In this document: positions 11,069-21,200 of the stretch, in pieces | Layout of the letters: every line of letters begins with the position of its first letter | How positions within the stretch are numbered: the first letter of the stretch is position 1 | Source of the DNA: an uncultured Spirochaetota bacterium | GTDB lineage: Bacteria > Spirochaetota > Spirochaetia > SZUA-6 > Fen-1364 | Length of the DNA: 64,000 nucleotides | Direction of reading: 5' to 3' | Assembly: GCA_963820525.1 (NCBI GenBank) | Contig: CAWGAA010000001.1 | Span: 1,184,001 to 1,248,000, forward strand | Translations under genes and position numbers: made by a program | The notes under the pieces: model-generated | The model's input: only the letters and a program-made list of their open reading frames with translations | What the model was told of the DNA's origin: nothing | Database searches by the model: none

Positions 11069-11721
11069 TGTGCGTAAACCATGGCTCCCGCGAATCGGTG
11101 GCTTCCTGCGAGCGGTGCGGCAGGCCGCTCTGCGCCGAATGCGCAGTATCCATCGATGCCTCGGCGTGGTGTCGGGAGTGCCTCCAGAAGGCAGTGAAGA
11201 GGGACCGCGAGCACCGCGCACGACGGCGGTGGAGGAAGCCGGTGGCGGCGCTCCTGAGCATCGTACCCGGCGCCGGGCACATGTTCCTGGGGCAGATCGG
11301 CAAGGGATTCGCCCTCATGGGCCTGCTTTTCGCCGCGGTGTTCCTCGTCATCGTCTACTCGGATTCAACGGGCATGTACTGGATGATCGCCTACCTCGTC
11401 CCGGCCCTGAGCGTCCTGTTCCTCTGCTACGCCGTTTTCGATTCGATGTCGATCGCGGACGGATCCGAGGCGGGGCCCTCGACCGCGGGTGACGATACCC
11501 TGAAAAGGATCTGGGAGCGGGTGCTCATAGGCCGCCGAACCATCGGCTGGGTGGTGCTGGTGGCCGGGGTCGTGGGCATCCTCAATATCTTCTCAAGCCC
11601 CCTTGCCCAGCTCACCCGCGTATACCTGTCCATGGAAATACCCTTCGCCGGGCTGGTGCTTCCCGTAGTTCTCCTGGTCATCGGCGTGGTCCTCGTCGCA
11701 AAGGGCAGAAAGACGGGCTGA
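11065..11721 (+). CDS. B-box-like zinc finger membrane protein
   Basis: C.NH...C..CGRPLC.EC...C..C; LS..PGAGH..LGQ..KG; several TM helices. Confidence 0.7.
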   Translation: MMCVNHGSRESVASCERCGRPLCAECAVSIDASAWCRECLQKAVKRDREHRARRRWRKPVAALLSIVPGAGHMFLGQIGKGFALMGLLFAAVFLVIVYSDSTGMYWMIAYLVPALSVLFLCYAVFDSMSIADGSEAGPSTAGDDTLKRIWERVLIGRRTIGWVVLVAGVVGILNIFSSPLAQLTRVYLSMEIPFAGLVLPVVLLVIGVVLVAKGRKTG

Positions 11722-11822
11722 AAAGGGACCGCGCCGGCTCCCTGGGCGGCACGCCGGCCCGGTCAAGTGCGCTTTGGTCAAGGCTTGACTTGCAGGCGGC
11801 GCCGCTGTACCAAGAAGATCCA

Positions 11823-13400
11823 ATGCAATACAAGGAATGGCCCTACATCGAGGCCGAGCGGATCCTCGAGCGCCAAAAGAGGCTGGGCAGGAAGAGCGTG
11901 ACGGCGGAGACGGGCTACGGCCCCTCGGGGCTTCCCCACATCGGGACGTTCGGCGAGGTGGCGCGCACCTCCTTCGTCCTTCAGGCTTTGAACCGGCTCG
12001 CGCCGGAGGTCGAGTCGAAGATCATCGCATTCTCCGACGACATGGATGGACTGCGCGAGGTCCCGCAGAACATCCCCAACAGGGAAATGGTGAAGCCGCA
12101 CCTGGGAAAGCCCCTCACCTCGGTGCCGGATCCCTTCGGAGAGGAGCCCTCCTATGCCCACTACATGAACAAGAAGCTGTGCGAGTTTCTCGACTCCTTC
12201 GGCTTTCGCTACAGCTTCGCCTCCTCCACGCAGATCTACCGCTCCGGCGCGTTCAACGACGGCCTCAAGCGCGTCATGGACAACTACCAGGCCATCAAGG
12301 ACATGTTCACCGCCACGATCGCGGAGGAAAAGCGGGAGGCGTGGAGCCCCTTCTTCCCCGTATGCGAGAGCTGCGGCAGGATCTATTCCACCCGCGTCAC
12401 TTCCTTCGACCCCACGGCGTACACGGTGAGCTACCTTTGCGACGCCCCGGCGGCCGGCAAATACGAGGCGTGCGGACATTCGGCAACCGCCAGCATCTTC
12501 GACGGCAGCGTGAAGGTGGGCTGGAAGGTGGACTGGGCGCTGCGCTGGTTCTCCCTCGCGGTGGACTACGAGATGCACGGGGAAGACCTGTTGGAGTCCT
12601 CGCGGCTGTCCAGCCGGATGGTGAAGGTTCTGGGCGGGGAGCCGCCGGAGCTTTTCAAGTACGAGCTTTTCCTGGACGAGAAGGGCAAGAAGATCTCCAA
12701 GAAGCTGGGAAACGGGGTCTCCATCGAGCAGTGGCTGCGCTACGCGCCGGTGGACTCCCTCCTGTACTTCATGTACCTCAAGCCCCAGCAGGCAAAGAAG
12801 ATGGGCCTTCCCCTCCTGCCCGAGATCATCGACCAGTACCTGGATCTGGTGGAGAAGTACGACGGGGCCGAGGACTCACCCGTGCCTTTCATCTCGCGCC
12901 TCTCGCGCGGCCCTCACGCGGACAAGATAAAAAGCGGCAAGATCGTGACCTTTACCATGATCTTCGAGCTCGTCATGGCGGTCAACGAGACGGATCCGGG
13001 GATCGTGCGCGATTACCTGATCCGCTACTCCCCCGAGGTGAAGGGGAACGTCGGCTATTACGACCAGCTCATCGATGACGCCCTGGCGTACTACCGCGAG
13101 GTCTACCTCCCGCACAGGACCGTGGAGGAGCCGGGCCACGATCAGGACGAGGCCCTCCAGGCCCTCGTTGCCGATCTGAAAAAGCGGGCCGGCTCCGGCG
13201 CCGAGGCGAACCCCGACGAGCTTCAGACCCTGGTGTTCCAGGTGTCCAAGGACAGGGGCGTCGGCGCCAAGGACTGGTTTCGCACCCTGTACCGCGTGTT
13301 CCTGGGCCAATCCTCCGGCCCGCGGATCGGAACCTTCATAGCGCTTTTGGGGATCGAAAAGACGATAGAGCGCCTTGAAGCCCATTTGAAAAAGACATAG
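11823..13400 (+). CDS. lysS: Lysine--tRNA ligase, class I
   Basis: ETGYGPSGLPHIGT, SDDMDGLR, WKVDWALRW, KKISKKLGNG, GPRIG. Confidence 0.95.
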   Translation: MQYKEWPYIEAERILERQKRLGRKSVTAETGYGPSGLPHIGTFGEVARTSFVLQALNRLAPEVESKIIAFSDDMDGLREVPQNIPNREMVKPHLGKPLTSVPDPFGEEPSYAHYMNKKLCEFLDSFGFRYSFASSTQIYRSGAFNDGLKRVMDNYQAIKDMFTATIAEEKREAWSPFFPVCESCGRIYSTRVTSFDPTAYTVSYLCDAPAAGKYEACGHSATASIFDGSVKVGWKVDWALRWFSLAVDYEMHGEDLLESSRLSSRMVKVLGGEPPELFKYELFLDEKGKKISKKLGNGVSIEQWLRYAPVDSLLYFMYLKPQQAKKMGLPLLPEIIDQYLDLVEKYDGAEDSPVPFISRLSRGPHADKIKSGKIVTFTMIFELVMAVNETDPGIVRDYLIRYSPEVKGNVGYYDQLIDDALAYYREVYLPHRTVEEPGHDQDEALQALVADLKKRAGSGAEANPDELQTLVFQVSKDRGVGAKDWFRTLYRVFLGQSSGPRIGTFIALLGIEKTIERLEAHLKKT

Positions 13401-13411
13401 GGGGCGCGAGG

Positions 13412-14038
13412 ATGTTCGAGGTCCTCTGTTTCGGTGATTCCAACACCTGGGGATGCTCGCCCCAGACGGGCGAGAGGTTTCCCCGCGACGTGCGCTGGAC
13501 CGGGGTGCTCCAGGCCGCCCTCGGGGGCGGCTACTTCGTCATCGAGGAAGGCCAGGGAGGCAGAACAACCGTCTGGGATGATCCCGTGGAAAGGTACAAG
13601 AATGGGCGGGCATACCTCATCCCGTGCCTGGAGTCGCACAAGCCCCTCGACCTGGTGATCCTGATGCTGGGCACAAATGATCTGAAGAAACGTTTTTCCC
13701 TGCCCGCCTCGGATATCGCCCTCTGCGTGGGGGGGCTCCTGGACGTCATCCTGGCAAGCGGATCGGGCCGCGGCGGAGCGGCCCCCAAGATGCTCCTCCT
13801 TGCCCCGCCTCCCCTGGCGCGGCTCACCTTCTTCGCCGAGATGTTCCAGGACGGGACTGAAAAATCCCGCCTGCTCGGCGAACGCTACGGCGAGGCTGCC
13901 CGGGAGCGTGGATGCGCGTTCCTCGACACCTCCACGGTCATCCGCTCCAGCGAGGCGGACGGGATCCATTTCGACGCGGAAGAGCACAAGAAGCTCGGCC
14001 GGGCCGTGGCGAAGATCGTACGCGAGATTTGCCCCTGA
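13412..14038 (+). CDS. SGNH/GDSL hydrolase
   Basis: FGDSNTWG, LGTND, DGIH. Confidence 0.9.
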   Translation: MFEVLCFGDSNTWGCSPQTGERFPRDVRWTGVLQAALGGGYFVIEEGQGGRTTVWDDPVERYKNGRAYLIPCLESHKPLDLVILMLGTNDLKKRFSLPASDIALCVGGLLDVILASGSGRGGAAPKMLLLAPPPLARLTFFAEMFQDGTEKSRLLGERYGEAARERGCAFLDTSTVIRSSEADGIHFDAEEHKKLGRAVAKIVREICP

Positions 14039-14090
14039 CGGGCTGCCGCCGCTACCTTTATTCTCATCCGGACGCATGGAGGAGGTTCCT

Positions 14091-14462
14091 ATGCCTCGCG
14101 TCATTCACTTCGAGATTCCCGCGGACAACCCTTCACGGGCCGTCGAGTTCTACAAGAAAGTCTTTGGCTGGGAAATAAACAAGTGGGAAGGCCCCATGGA
14201 GTACCACCCCGCCGTCACGGGCAAGAAGGAGACTCCGGGCATCGACGGGGCGATCATGGGCAAGGACGGCACGGCGAAGTCGACCGTCAATACAATCGAC
14301 GTTCCGAACTTCGACGAGTTCGTGTCCAAGGTGAAATATTACGGGGGAACACAGGTAACGGATAAAACCGAGATCCCCGGAGTCGGCACCTTCTGTTACT
14401 GCAAGGACACCGAGGGCAATCTCTTCGGAATCCTGCAGCCGAACATGAACCCCATGTCCTGA
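14091..14462 (+). CDS. VOC/glyoxalase family protein
   Basis: VIHFEIPAD...FY..VFGW...IPGVG....DTEGN.FG; GGAGG RBS. Confidence 0.9.
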   Translation: MPRVIHFEIPADNPSRAVEFYKKVFGWEINKWEGPMEYHPAVTGKKETPGIDGAIMGKDGTAKSTVNTIDVPNFDEFVSKVKYYGGTQVTDKTEIPGVGTFCYCKDTEGNLFGILQPNMNPMS

Positions 14463-14575
14463 AAGCGCGGCCGCGCGACATTCCGATCCTCCCCTTCAAA
14501 CCCCAACCGTTGGCACAGGGGGCAAGCGGGTGTAGAATGCCTCCGGCCCGGCTCGGCAGGGGAGGTGCGTCTGAA

Positions 14576-16048
14576 ATGGGGTTTTTCGCCAGGATACGGT
14601 CAACGCTCTCGCATCCCGTCTTCCCTGATGAAGAGCGCACGAGCGTGGCGCGTCTTCTCAACTTCATCGCCCTCTCGGCCCTGGCGCTCATGGTGCCGAG
14701 CGCGGTCTCCACGTGGATAGCGACACCGAGCGCCATCTTCTTCATCCCGCTGGGAGGGTTTGCCCTCGTCAATGGCGCAATCCTGCTCCTGATCCGCCGC
14801 GGCTTCACCCGACCCGCAAGCGTTCTCTTCGTCGTGGCGGGCTGTCTTTTGGCGGCCTTCTTCACCTTGTTTTTCGGGGGCTTGTCCAGCCCCGGCTACA
14901 CCTCTTTCATCGTCGAAATCCTCATAGCGGGATTGCTCCTGGGAGTGCGCGCCGGGATCGCCGTCGCCGTGGCGAGCTCGCTGTTCGGAGCTGCCATCAT
15001 CACCGCATCGGTCAACGGCATGCTTCCGTCCATCCCGGCGAGCCCCATATTCGCCATAATTACCCTGGTAAGCGACGCTCTCATTTTCATCGGGGCGCTG
15101 GTTGTGCTGCACCTGGCCGTGCGGAGCATCCAGGAGTCGCTCCAGCGCAGCCGGCTTCAGGAGAGCGCCTTGCGGGAGGCAAACAGGGAGCTCCAATCCC
15201 TGCGGGATTCGCTGGAGGAGAGGGTGCGGCAGCGCACGCGGTCCCTGGAGGAGAGCAATGCGCGCCTGGACGGCGCGTACCATCAGCTCAAGGAAAACCA
15301 GGAGAGGCTCCTCGTGTCTGAAAAGATGGCCTCGCTGGGGCGTCTCACCGCCGGAATCGCCCACGAGATAAACACGCCCCTGGCCGCCGTGCGCGCGGCG
15401 CTGTTCCAGCTGGATACGCTGGCCGAAGAATACCAGGGCTCGATCGGAAAGGCCGAGATCACCGAAAAGGAGCACAGGGAGATCGCCGTCGAGATGCGCC
15501 AGTCGATTCTCCGGGCGAATACCGCCGCGGAGCGCGCGGCAAGCTTCGTGCGCAGCATCAAGAACCGGACCCGGGTAATGGCGGACGAGGAGAATATCCG
15601 CTTCAATGCCGTTCCCGTCATCCAGGAGGCGCTCCTCCTGCTGAGCCATGCCATGCTCAGATCGGGCTGCACGGCACGATTCCACCCCGCGGCGAGCTTC
15701 ATCGAGGTGAACGGCTCGCCCGCCAGGCTTTCCCAGGCCGTCGCCAACCTCGTGACGAACTCCATCGACGCCTGCGCGTCCAAGGGAGGGGGAGAGATCA
15801 CGCTCACCATGGCCCGGCGCGACAGGGGGGTGAGGCTGGAGATCCGCGACACGGGAATCGGCATCGCGCCGGAAAACCTCTCCCGGATCTTCGATCCCCT
15901 GTTCACCACCAAGCCGTTCGGCCAGGGGACGGGCCTCGGGCTTACCATCGTGCATCAGATCGTTGTGGGCGAGTTCGGAGGGACGATCGAGCCCGCAACG
16001 CAGCCGGGCGGCGGAACGCTCTTCACCATCACCCTGCCCGGCGCGTAG
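14576..16048 (+). CDS. Membrane sensor histidine kinase
   Basis: N-terminal TM bundle; AGIAHEINTPL H-box; N, G1, F (FTTKP) and G2 (GTGLGL) boxes. Confidence 0.9.
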   Translation: MGFFARIRSTLSHPVFPDEERTSVARLLNFIALSALALMVPSAVSTWIATPSAIFFIPLGGFALVNGAILLLIRRGFTRPASVLFVVAGCLLAAFFTLFFGGLSSPGYTSFIVEILIAGLLLGVRAGIAVAVASSLFGAAIITASVNGMLPSIPASPIFAIITLVSDALIFIGALVVLHLAVRSIQESLQRSRLQESALREANRELQSLRDSLEERVRQRTRSLEESNARLDGAYHQLKENQERLLVSEKMASLGRLTAGIAHEINTPLAAVRAALFQLDTLAEEYQGSIGKAEITEKEHREIAVEMRQSILRANTAAERAASFVRSIKNRTRVMADEENIRFNAVPVIQEALLLLSHAMLRSGCTARFHPAASFIEVNGSPARLSQAVANLVTNSIDACASKGGGEITLTMARRDRGVRLEIRDTGIGIAPENLSRIFDPLFTTKPFGQGTGLGLTIVHQIVVGEFGGTIEPATQPGGGTLFTITLPGA

Positions 16049-16053
16049 AGCTT

Positions 16054-17070
16054 TTACATCCCCGACATGCTCTGGAGGTCAGACTTGCGGACCCATCCGA
16101 ACACCCGGAAGTTGCCCCAGACCATGACCTCGGCCCACCCGTTTTCCTCATCGAGCGGCCGTAGGAACGTCCCCAGGGCCAGCCGGCCGGCCACCCGTTC
16201 GTCGTCTCCGGGAGCGTAGCGCAGGGCCGCCTGGTCCCGAGCCACCATCACGGGAGAATACAGCCGGGCGACGAAAGACTGCGGCTGAAGCGCCGCGGAT
16301 TGTCCGAGGAACTGAAGGACCCCCGCGCTGATCCCGAGCGCCGCGCTCTCGGGATTGCCCGCCAGCACGCTGCGATCCGCCGCCGAGGTGATGTAGCCCA
16401 TCTCCACGATGATGGCCGGGGTCGATGGAGAGATGGCGTGATCGTAGCGGTACCAGCTGAAGGCGTAGTATCCCCTCATGAATGCGGTGACGCCGTATCG
16501 ATCCTCGGGCAGGCCGGTCAGGAGCTGATAAGACTGCGCGACATCGAAGCGGAGCATGCGGGAAGCGTCGGAGGACCTCCACGGCGCGGCGATTTTCCAC
16601 CCCCGCTCCAGGCGGCTCCCCCCGTCGGCGTGGATGGCGACGAACGCGTCAGCCTGGTAGCCGGCGGGAACGCTCGCCGGAAGCAGGTCCACGGCGACGC
16701 CGGCCCGCGTGAGATCCGCGGCGACAATCCGCGCCACGGCGAGGTTGACATCGACCTCCTTGAGGCTTCCTGCCACGGCCCCGGTGCTGTCATGGAGGTG
16801 CTCCTGCTCGGGGGGAAGCTCGTCGATCTTCCAGTGGCCGGCCTGGATCCCGACCCGCCAGGGCGAGGTGGGGGCGCGAAAGGGGATCAAAGGCGGAGGC
16901 GCAGCGAACCGCGGCCGGCCTTCGGAAAGCCCGGCGGCCGCGCGGGAAAAGGCATACACGTCGAAAAGCGAGCGCGCTATGCCGGGGCCGCCATCCGGAG
17001 AGGCGGAAAGAAGGACCGCCGCGGCCGCGGCAAGCAGGCCCAGGAGAGTCAACCGAATCCAGGTCCGCAT
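16054..17070 (-). CDS. N-acetylmuramoyl-L-alanine amidase (Amidase_3) with signal peptide and a C-terminal SH3-like region
   Basis: IQAGH, EVDVNL, AIHAD, IVEMGY. Confidence 0.8.
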   Translation of the reverse strand: MRTWIRLTLLGLLAAAAAVLLSASPDGGPGIARSLFDVYAFSRAAAGLSEGRPRFAAPPPLIPFRAPTSPWRVGIQAGHWKIDELPPEQEHLHDSTGAVAGSLKEVDVNLAVARIVAADLTRAGVAVDLLPASVPAGYQADAFVAIHADGGSRLERGWKIAAPWRSSDASRMLRFDVAQSYQLLTGLPEDRYGVTAFMRGYYAFSWYRYDHAISPSTPAIIVEMGYITSAADRSVLAGNPESAALGISAGVLQFLGQSAALQPQSFVARLYSPVMVARDQAALRYAPGDDERVAGRLALGTFLRPLDEENGWAEVMVWGNFRVFGWVRKSDLQSMSGM

Positions 17071-17098
17071 TCTTCAGATAATAACCTTTAAGACCGCT

Positions 17099-18066
17099 TC
17101 AGCGGTAGAAGTTCCTCTCCCACCTGTGCCCGCGAAGCCGCTCCACCAGCGCGGCGCTCAGGAGGCGGCCGTCTGAAACCCTGCAATTCGCCTCCACGCT
17201 GGTCACGCTGCGCATCCCCGGTATCACCGTGGATACGGCGGGATCGTGCAGGCAGAAGCGCAGGGCAAGCTCGGCCAGGCTCTTCGCCTCGCCGTCGAGA
17301 AGGGCCTTGAGCTTCTGCGTCCGCTCGAAGACCTGGCTCTTCCTGTCTCCCCGGAAGTAGCTGTTTCGAAAGTCGCCGTCGGGAAAGCTCGTCTCCGGCG
17401 TGATGGTCCCCGCGAGCGAGCCCTCATCGAGGGGAACCCGAACGATGATGCCGATTTTCTTTTCCCTGCAGAGGGGAAGAGCCTGTCCTCGGGGCTCTGA
17501 TCGAATATGTTGTAGATGACCTGGCAGCTGTCCACCAGGCCCTTGGAGCAGACCTCCAGGGCGCTGTCGGGCTGGTGGTCGTTGAGGGACAGCCCGAAGA
17601 AGCGGATCTTTCCCTGCTCCTTCAACGCGGACACCGCGTCCCGCCATTCGTTTTCTCCCGCCCACTCGTCGGACCAGACGTGGAACTGCTGCACGTCGAT
17701 GGTGTCGAGCCCGAGGTTGCGAAGGCTTCTCTCCGTGCACTCCACGATGTGCGCGAAGGGAAAGGCGTCGCGCAGGGGCGTTCCCGGCCGCGCGGGCCAG
17801 ACGCGGTTCTTGGGCGGAATCTTGGAAGCGACGATGAGGCGCTCCGTTCGCTTCTTCACCACCCCGCCCACCAGCGATTCCGAATGCCCATCGCCGTAGA
17901 CGAGTGCCGTGTCGATGAAGTTCAAGCCGAGGTCTATCGCGCGATTGAGCGCCTTGATCGACTCCTCGTCTTTGGCGCCCAGCCACATGGAACCCCCGAT
18001 ACCCCAGGCGCCGTAGCCGATCTCCGATACCTCGAAACCCGTCTTTCCGAGACTTCGATACCGCAT
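17099..18066 (-). pseudogene. Aldo/keto reductase, frameshifted near 17470 (possibly a sequencing error)
   Basis: [17 protein letters not shown]...FIDTA.VYG.G.SE...YNIFDQ continues as [17 protein letters not shown]...VIPGMR in another frame; the shift is near a short C run. Confidence 0.85.
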
Positions 18067-18259
18067 TGCATCGTCTCCTTCTCGCTTTTCTCCTTCTAAT
18101 GTACTGACAAATCGGGGGATGGGCCCCGGGAGAAACGCCTTCGCATCCTTCGCGGGGGGCTCGAGGTCCCATCATCCCTGGGGACCCGGATGGGTATACC
18201 CGTCCCGGCATTCGCGGTAGAATGCTCGCGTTTCCCTGATTGGGCGGGAGGCTCTTGTC

Positions 18260-21200
18260 ATGCCATCGTCACATCATCACCCATTGCCACAACGCACCCG
18301 GCGCAGGATAGGCCTGCTCGCCGCTCAGCTCTCCGATTACAACGGCACGGCTCTGCTCCAGGGCGTAAGCGACGCTGCCGCGGAACGCGACGTCGATGTG
18401 ATCTGCTTCATTGGCGGGGAGCTGCGCCCGCCGAACGGCAGCGAGGGCCAGAAGAACATCCTCTACGCGCTCGCCTCGGCCGAGAGCATAGACGGCCTCG
18501 TCTTCTGGGGCGGAGCCCTCACCTACTATGTCGGGATGGAAGGCCTGGAGGCTTTCTGCCGGCGCTACCACCCCCTCCCGATGGTGAGCGCCGGCCCGGC
18601 GCCGCAGGGCATCCCCTCGGTGTGCGCGGATAATTACCAGGGCATGTACGAGGCGGCCAGCCACCTGATCGAGGTCCACGGATGCCGCCGCCTGGCTTTC
18701 CTCCCCGGCCCGCAAAACCACGAAGAGGCCCAGATCCGGCTGCACGGCTACGCCGATGCCTTGAAGAATCACGGCCTCTCCCCAGATTCCAAGCTCGTGG
18801 CCCCTCCCGGGTTCTGGTCGCGGGCCTCGGGGCGGGAGGGAGTCGGGATCCTGCTCGACGACAACGGCGTCCGCTTCGACGCGCTCATGGCCGCGGGAGA
18901 CCAGATCACATTAGGCGCGATGGAAGAATTGCAGAGGCGCGGGCTGCGCGTGCCGGGCGACGTGGCGGTGGCCAGCTTCGACGATTCCACGGAAGCGAGG
19001 TACGTGAGCCCTCCCCTCACCTCGGCGTCTCTCCTCATCTACGAGCAGGGATACCGCGCGCTCGCGATCGTGATGGACATGATCGAGGGAAGGCCGGCGA
19101 CCGAGCGGGTGACTCTTCCCGCCAGGCTGTCGGTGCGCCGCTCCTGCGGCTGCGCGGACTCGACGGTTTCGCGCGCGGCCATTGGGACGAAGGCAGCCGA
19201 GCCCGAGAAGCGATTCGGCAGCCAGCCCGGCTCCGCTCTGGTGGGGCTGCGCGGCAAGGCGCTCCTGGACATGTCGCGGGCGGGGATGGAGTCGGCGGCC
19301 GCGGAGAAGCTCTACGACGCTTTCACCAAAGGGCTCACGGGAGAGCGCGGTGACGAGTTCGTGCCTGCCCTGGACGCAGCCCTCGACCGGGCGGCGGGGC
19401 GCGGCGAAAACCTTGCCGCCTGGCAGGATGCGCTCTCAGCAATGAGGCTCCGCCTGCTTCCTCACCTCGACGACAAGGAGACGGCGGTCCGCGCCGAGGA
19501 TCTCTTGCATCAGGCGCGCGTGGCCATCGAGGAAAGAAGGCTTCGCGTGCACTCGCTCCAGCAGTGGGAAACGGAGAACTACACGCGGAGGCTGCAGGAG
19601 ATCGTACAGAGCCTCATTACCACCCTCGATTCCAGCGAGCTTGCCGACGTGCTGGCCGATGAGCTTCCGCGCCTCGGAATCCCCAGCTGCTGCCTCTCCC
19701 TGTACGAGCGGCCGCAGGTATACGCCTATCCCCAGCCCGCGCCGCAAAGGGCGAGGTTGATCATGGCATACGACGGAGAGGGGCGGGCGGAGCTGGAGAA
19801 GGGCGGACGGTGGTTTCCCTCGCGGCAGCTCGCGCCGGCGGGCATGCTGGATCGAGCGCGGCGCTCCACCATGGTGGTTGAGCCGCTGTTTTTCCGGGAA
19901 AGCCAGCTCGGCTTCGTGCTCTTCGAGATCGGGCCGCGGAACGCCGCGCTCTTCGACGCGCTTGCGGACCAGATCAGCGGAGTACTGAAGCGGGAGCTGC
20001 TGTTCCAGGAGCAGGCCCGGGCTGAACAGGAGCTGGCCCGGGAGCGCAACCTGCTTCGGTCCCTCATCGACAATATCCCCGATTTCATCTACGTGAAGGA
20101 TGCGGAGGGCAGGTTCCTCATGGCAAACCTGGCCCTGGCGCGCCTCATCGGAGTTGTCTCGCCGAAGGAGCTTTTGGGAAAGACGGACTTCGACTTCTTC
20201 CCCCGCGAGCTTGCCTCCAAGTACCGCTCCGACGAGCTGGAGGTCATTGCGTCCGCAAAACCGATGCTGGAGGCCGAGGAGCGCAGCGTGGACGGAGCCG
20301 GCGTCGAAAAATGGATCACAACGACGAAGGTGCCTCTCAAGGACGCCGCGGGCGCCGTCTTCGGGCTGGTCGGAATGGGAAAGGACATCACAGAGCGGAA
20401 ACGGGCGGAGGATGCGCTGAGGCGGGAGAGGTATCTGCTCGGCATCCTGCTGGACAACATCCCCGACTACATCTACTTCAAGGACGCCGAGAGCCGGTTC
20501 CTCAGGACGAACAGGGCCCACGCCCACGCTTTCGGGCTCAAGAGCCCCGAAGAAGCGGTGGGCAAGTCGGACTTCGATTTTTTCACGGAGGAGCACGCGC
20601 GCCAGGCATTCGAGGATGAGCAGAGGATAATGCGCACCGACCTGCCCATCATCGGGGAGGTCGAGAAGGAGACGTGGCCCGACGGCCGCGAGACCTGGGC
20701 GTCGACCACCAAGATGCCCCTGCGAGACCTTGCGGGAAACATCGTCGGGACCTTCGGCGTCTCCCGCGACGTCACCGCGCAGAAGCTGGCGGAAGAGGCG
20801 CTGCGCCGGAGCGAGGAGCGCTACCATCGGCAGAACATCAGCCTTCGGATCGCTTCCGAGGTGGCCCGCGCCGTGACGTCGATCCTCGACATCGACGTGG
20901 TGCTCCCGCGCGTCGTGGAGCTGATCCGCGAGCGCTTCGGGTTCTACCACGTGGGCCTTCTCCTGACCGACGACGCCTCCTCGAGCCTGACCCTTCGCGC
21001 CGCAAGCGGTCCATTGTCGGGCTTCACGGCCGAAGGCCTGAGCCTGCCCGCAGGCGGCCAGGGCATGATCGCCTCGGTCGGCCGCAGCGGCAAGCCCCAC
21101 GTGTCCCAGGACGTTTCACAGGACCCGCTGTACCTCTTCTTTTCGCCTCTGAACGAGACCCGCGCCGAAGCGGCCATCCCCCTGCTCATCGGCGATGCAG

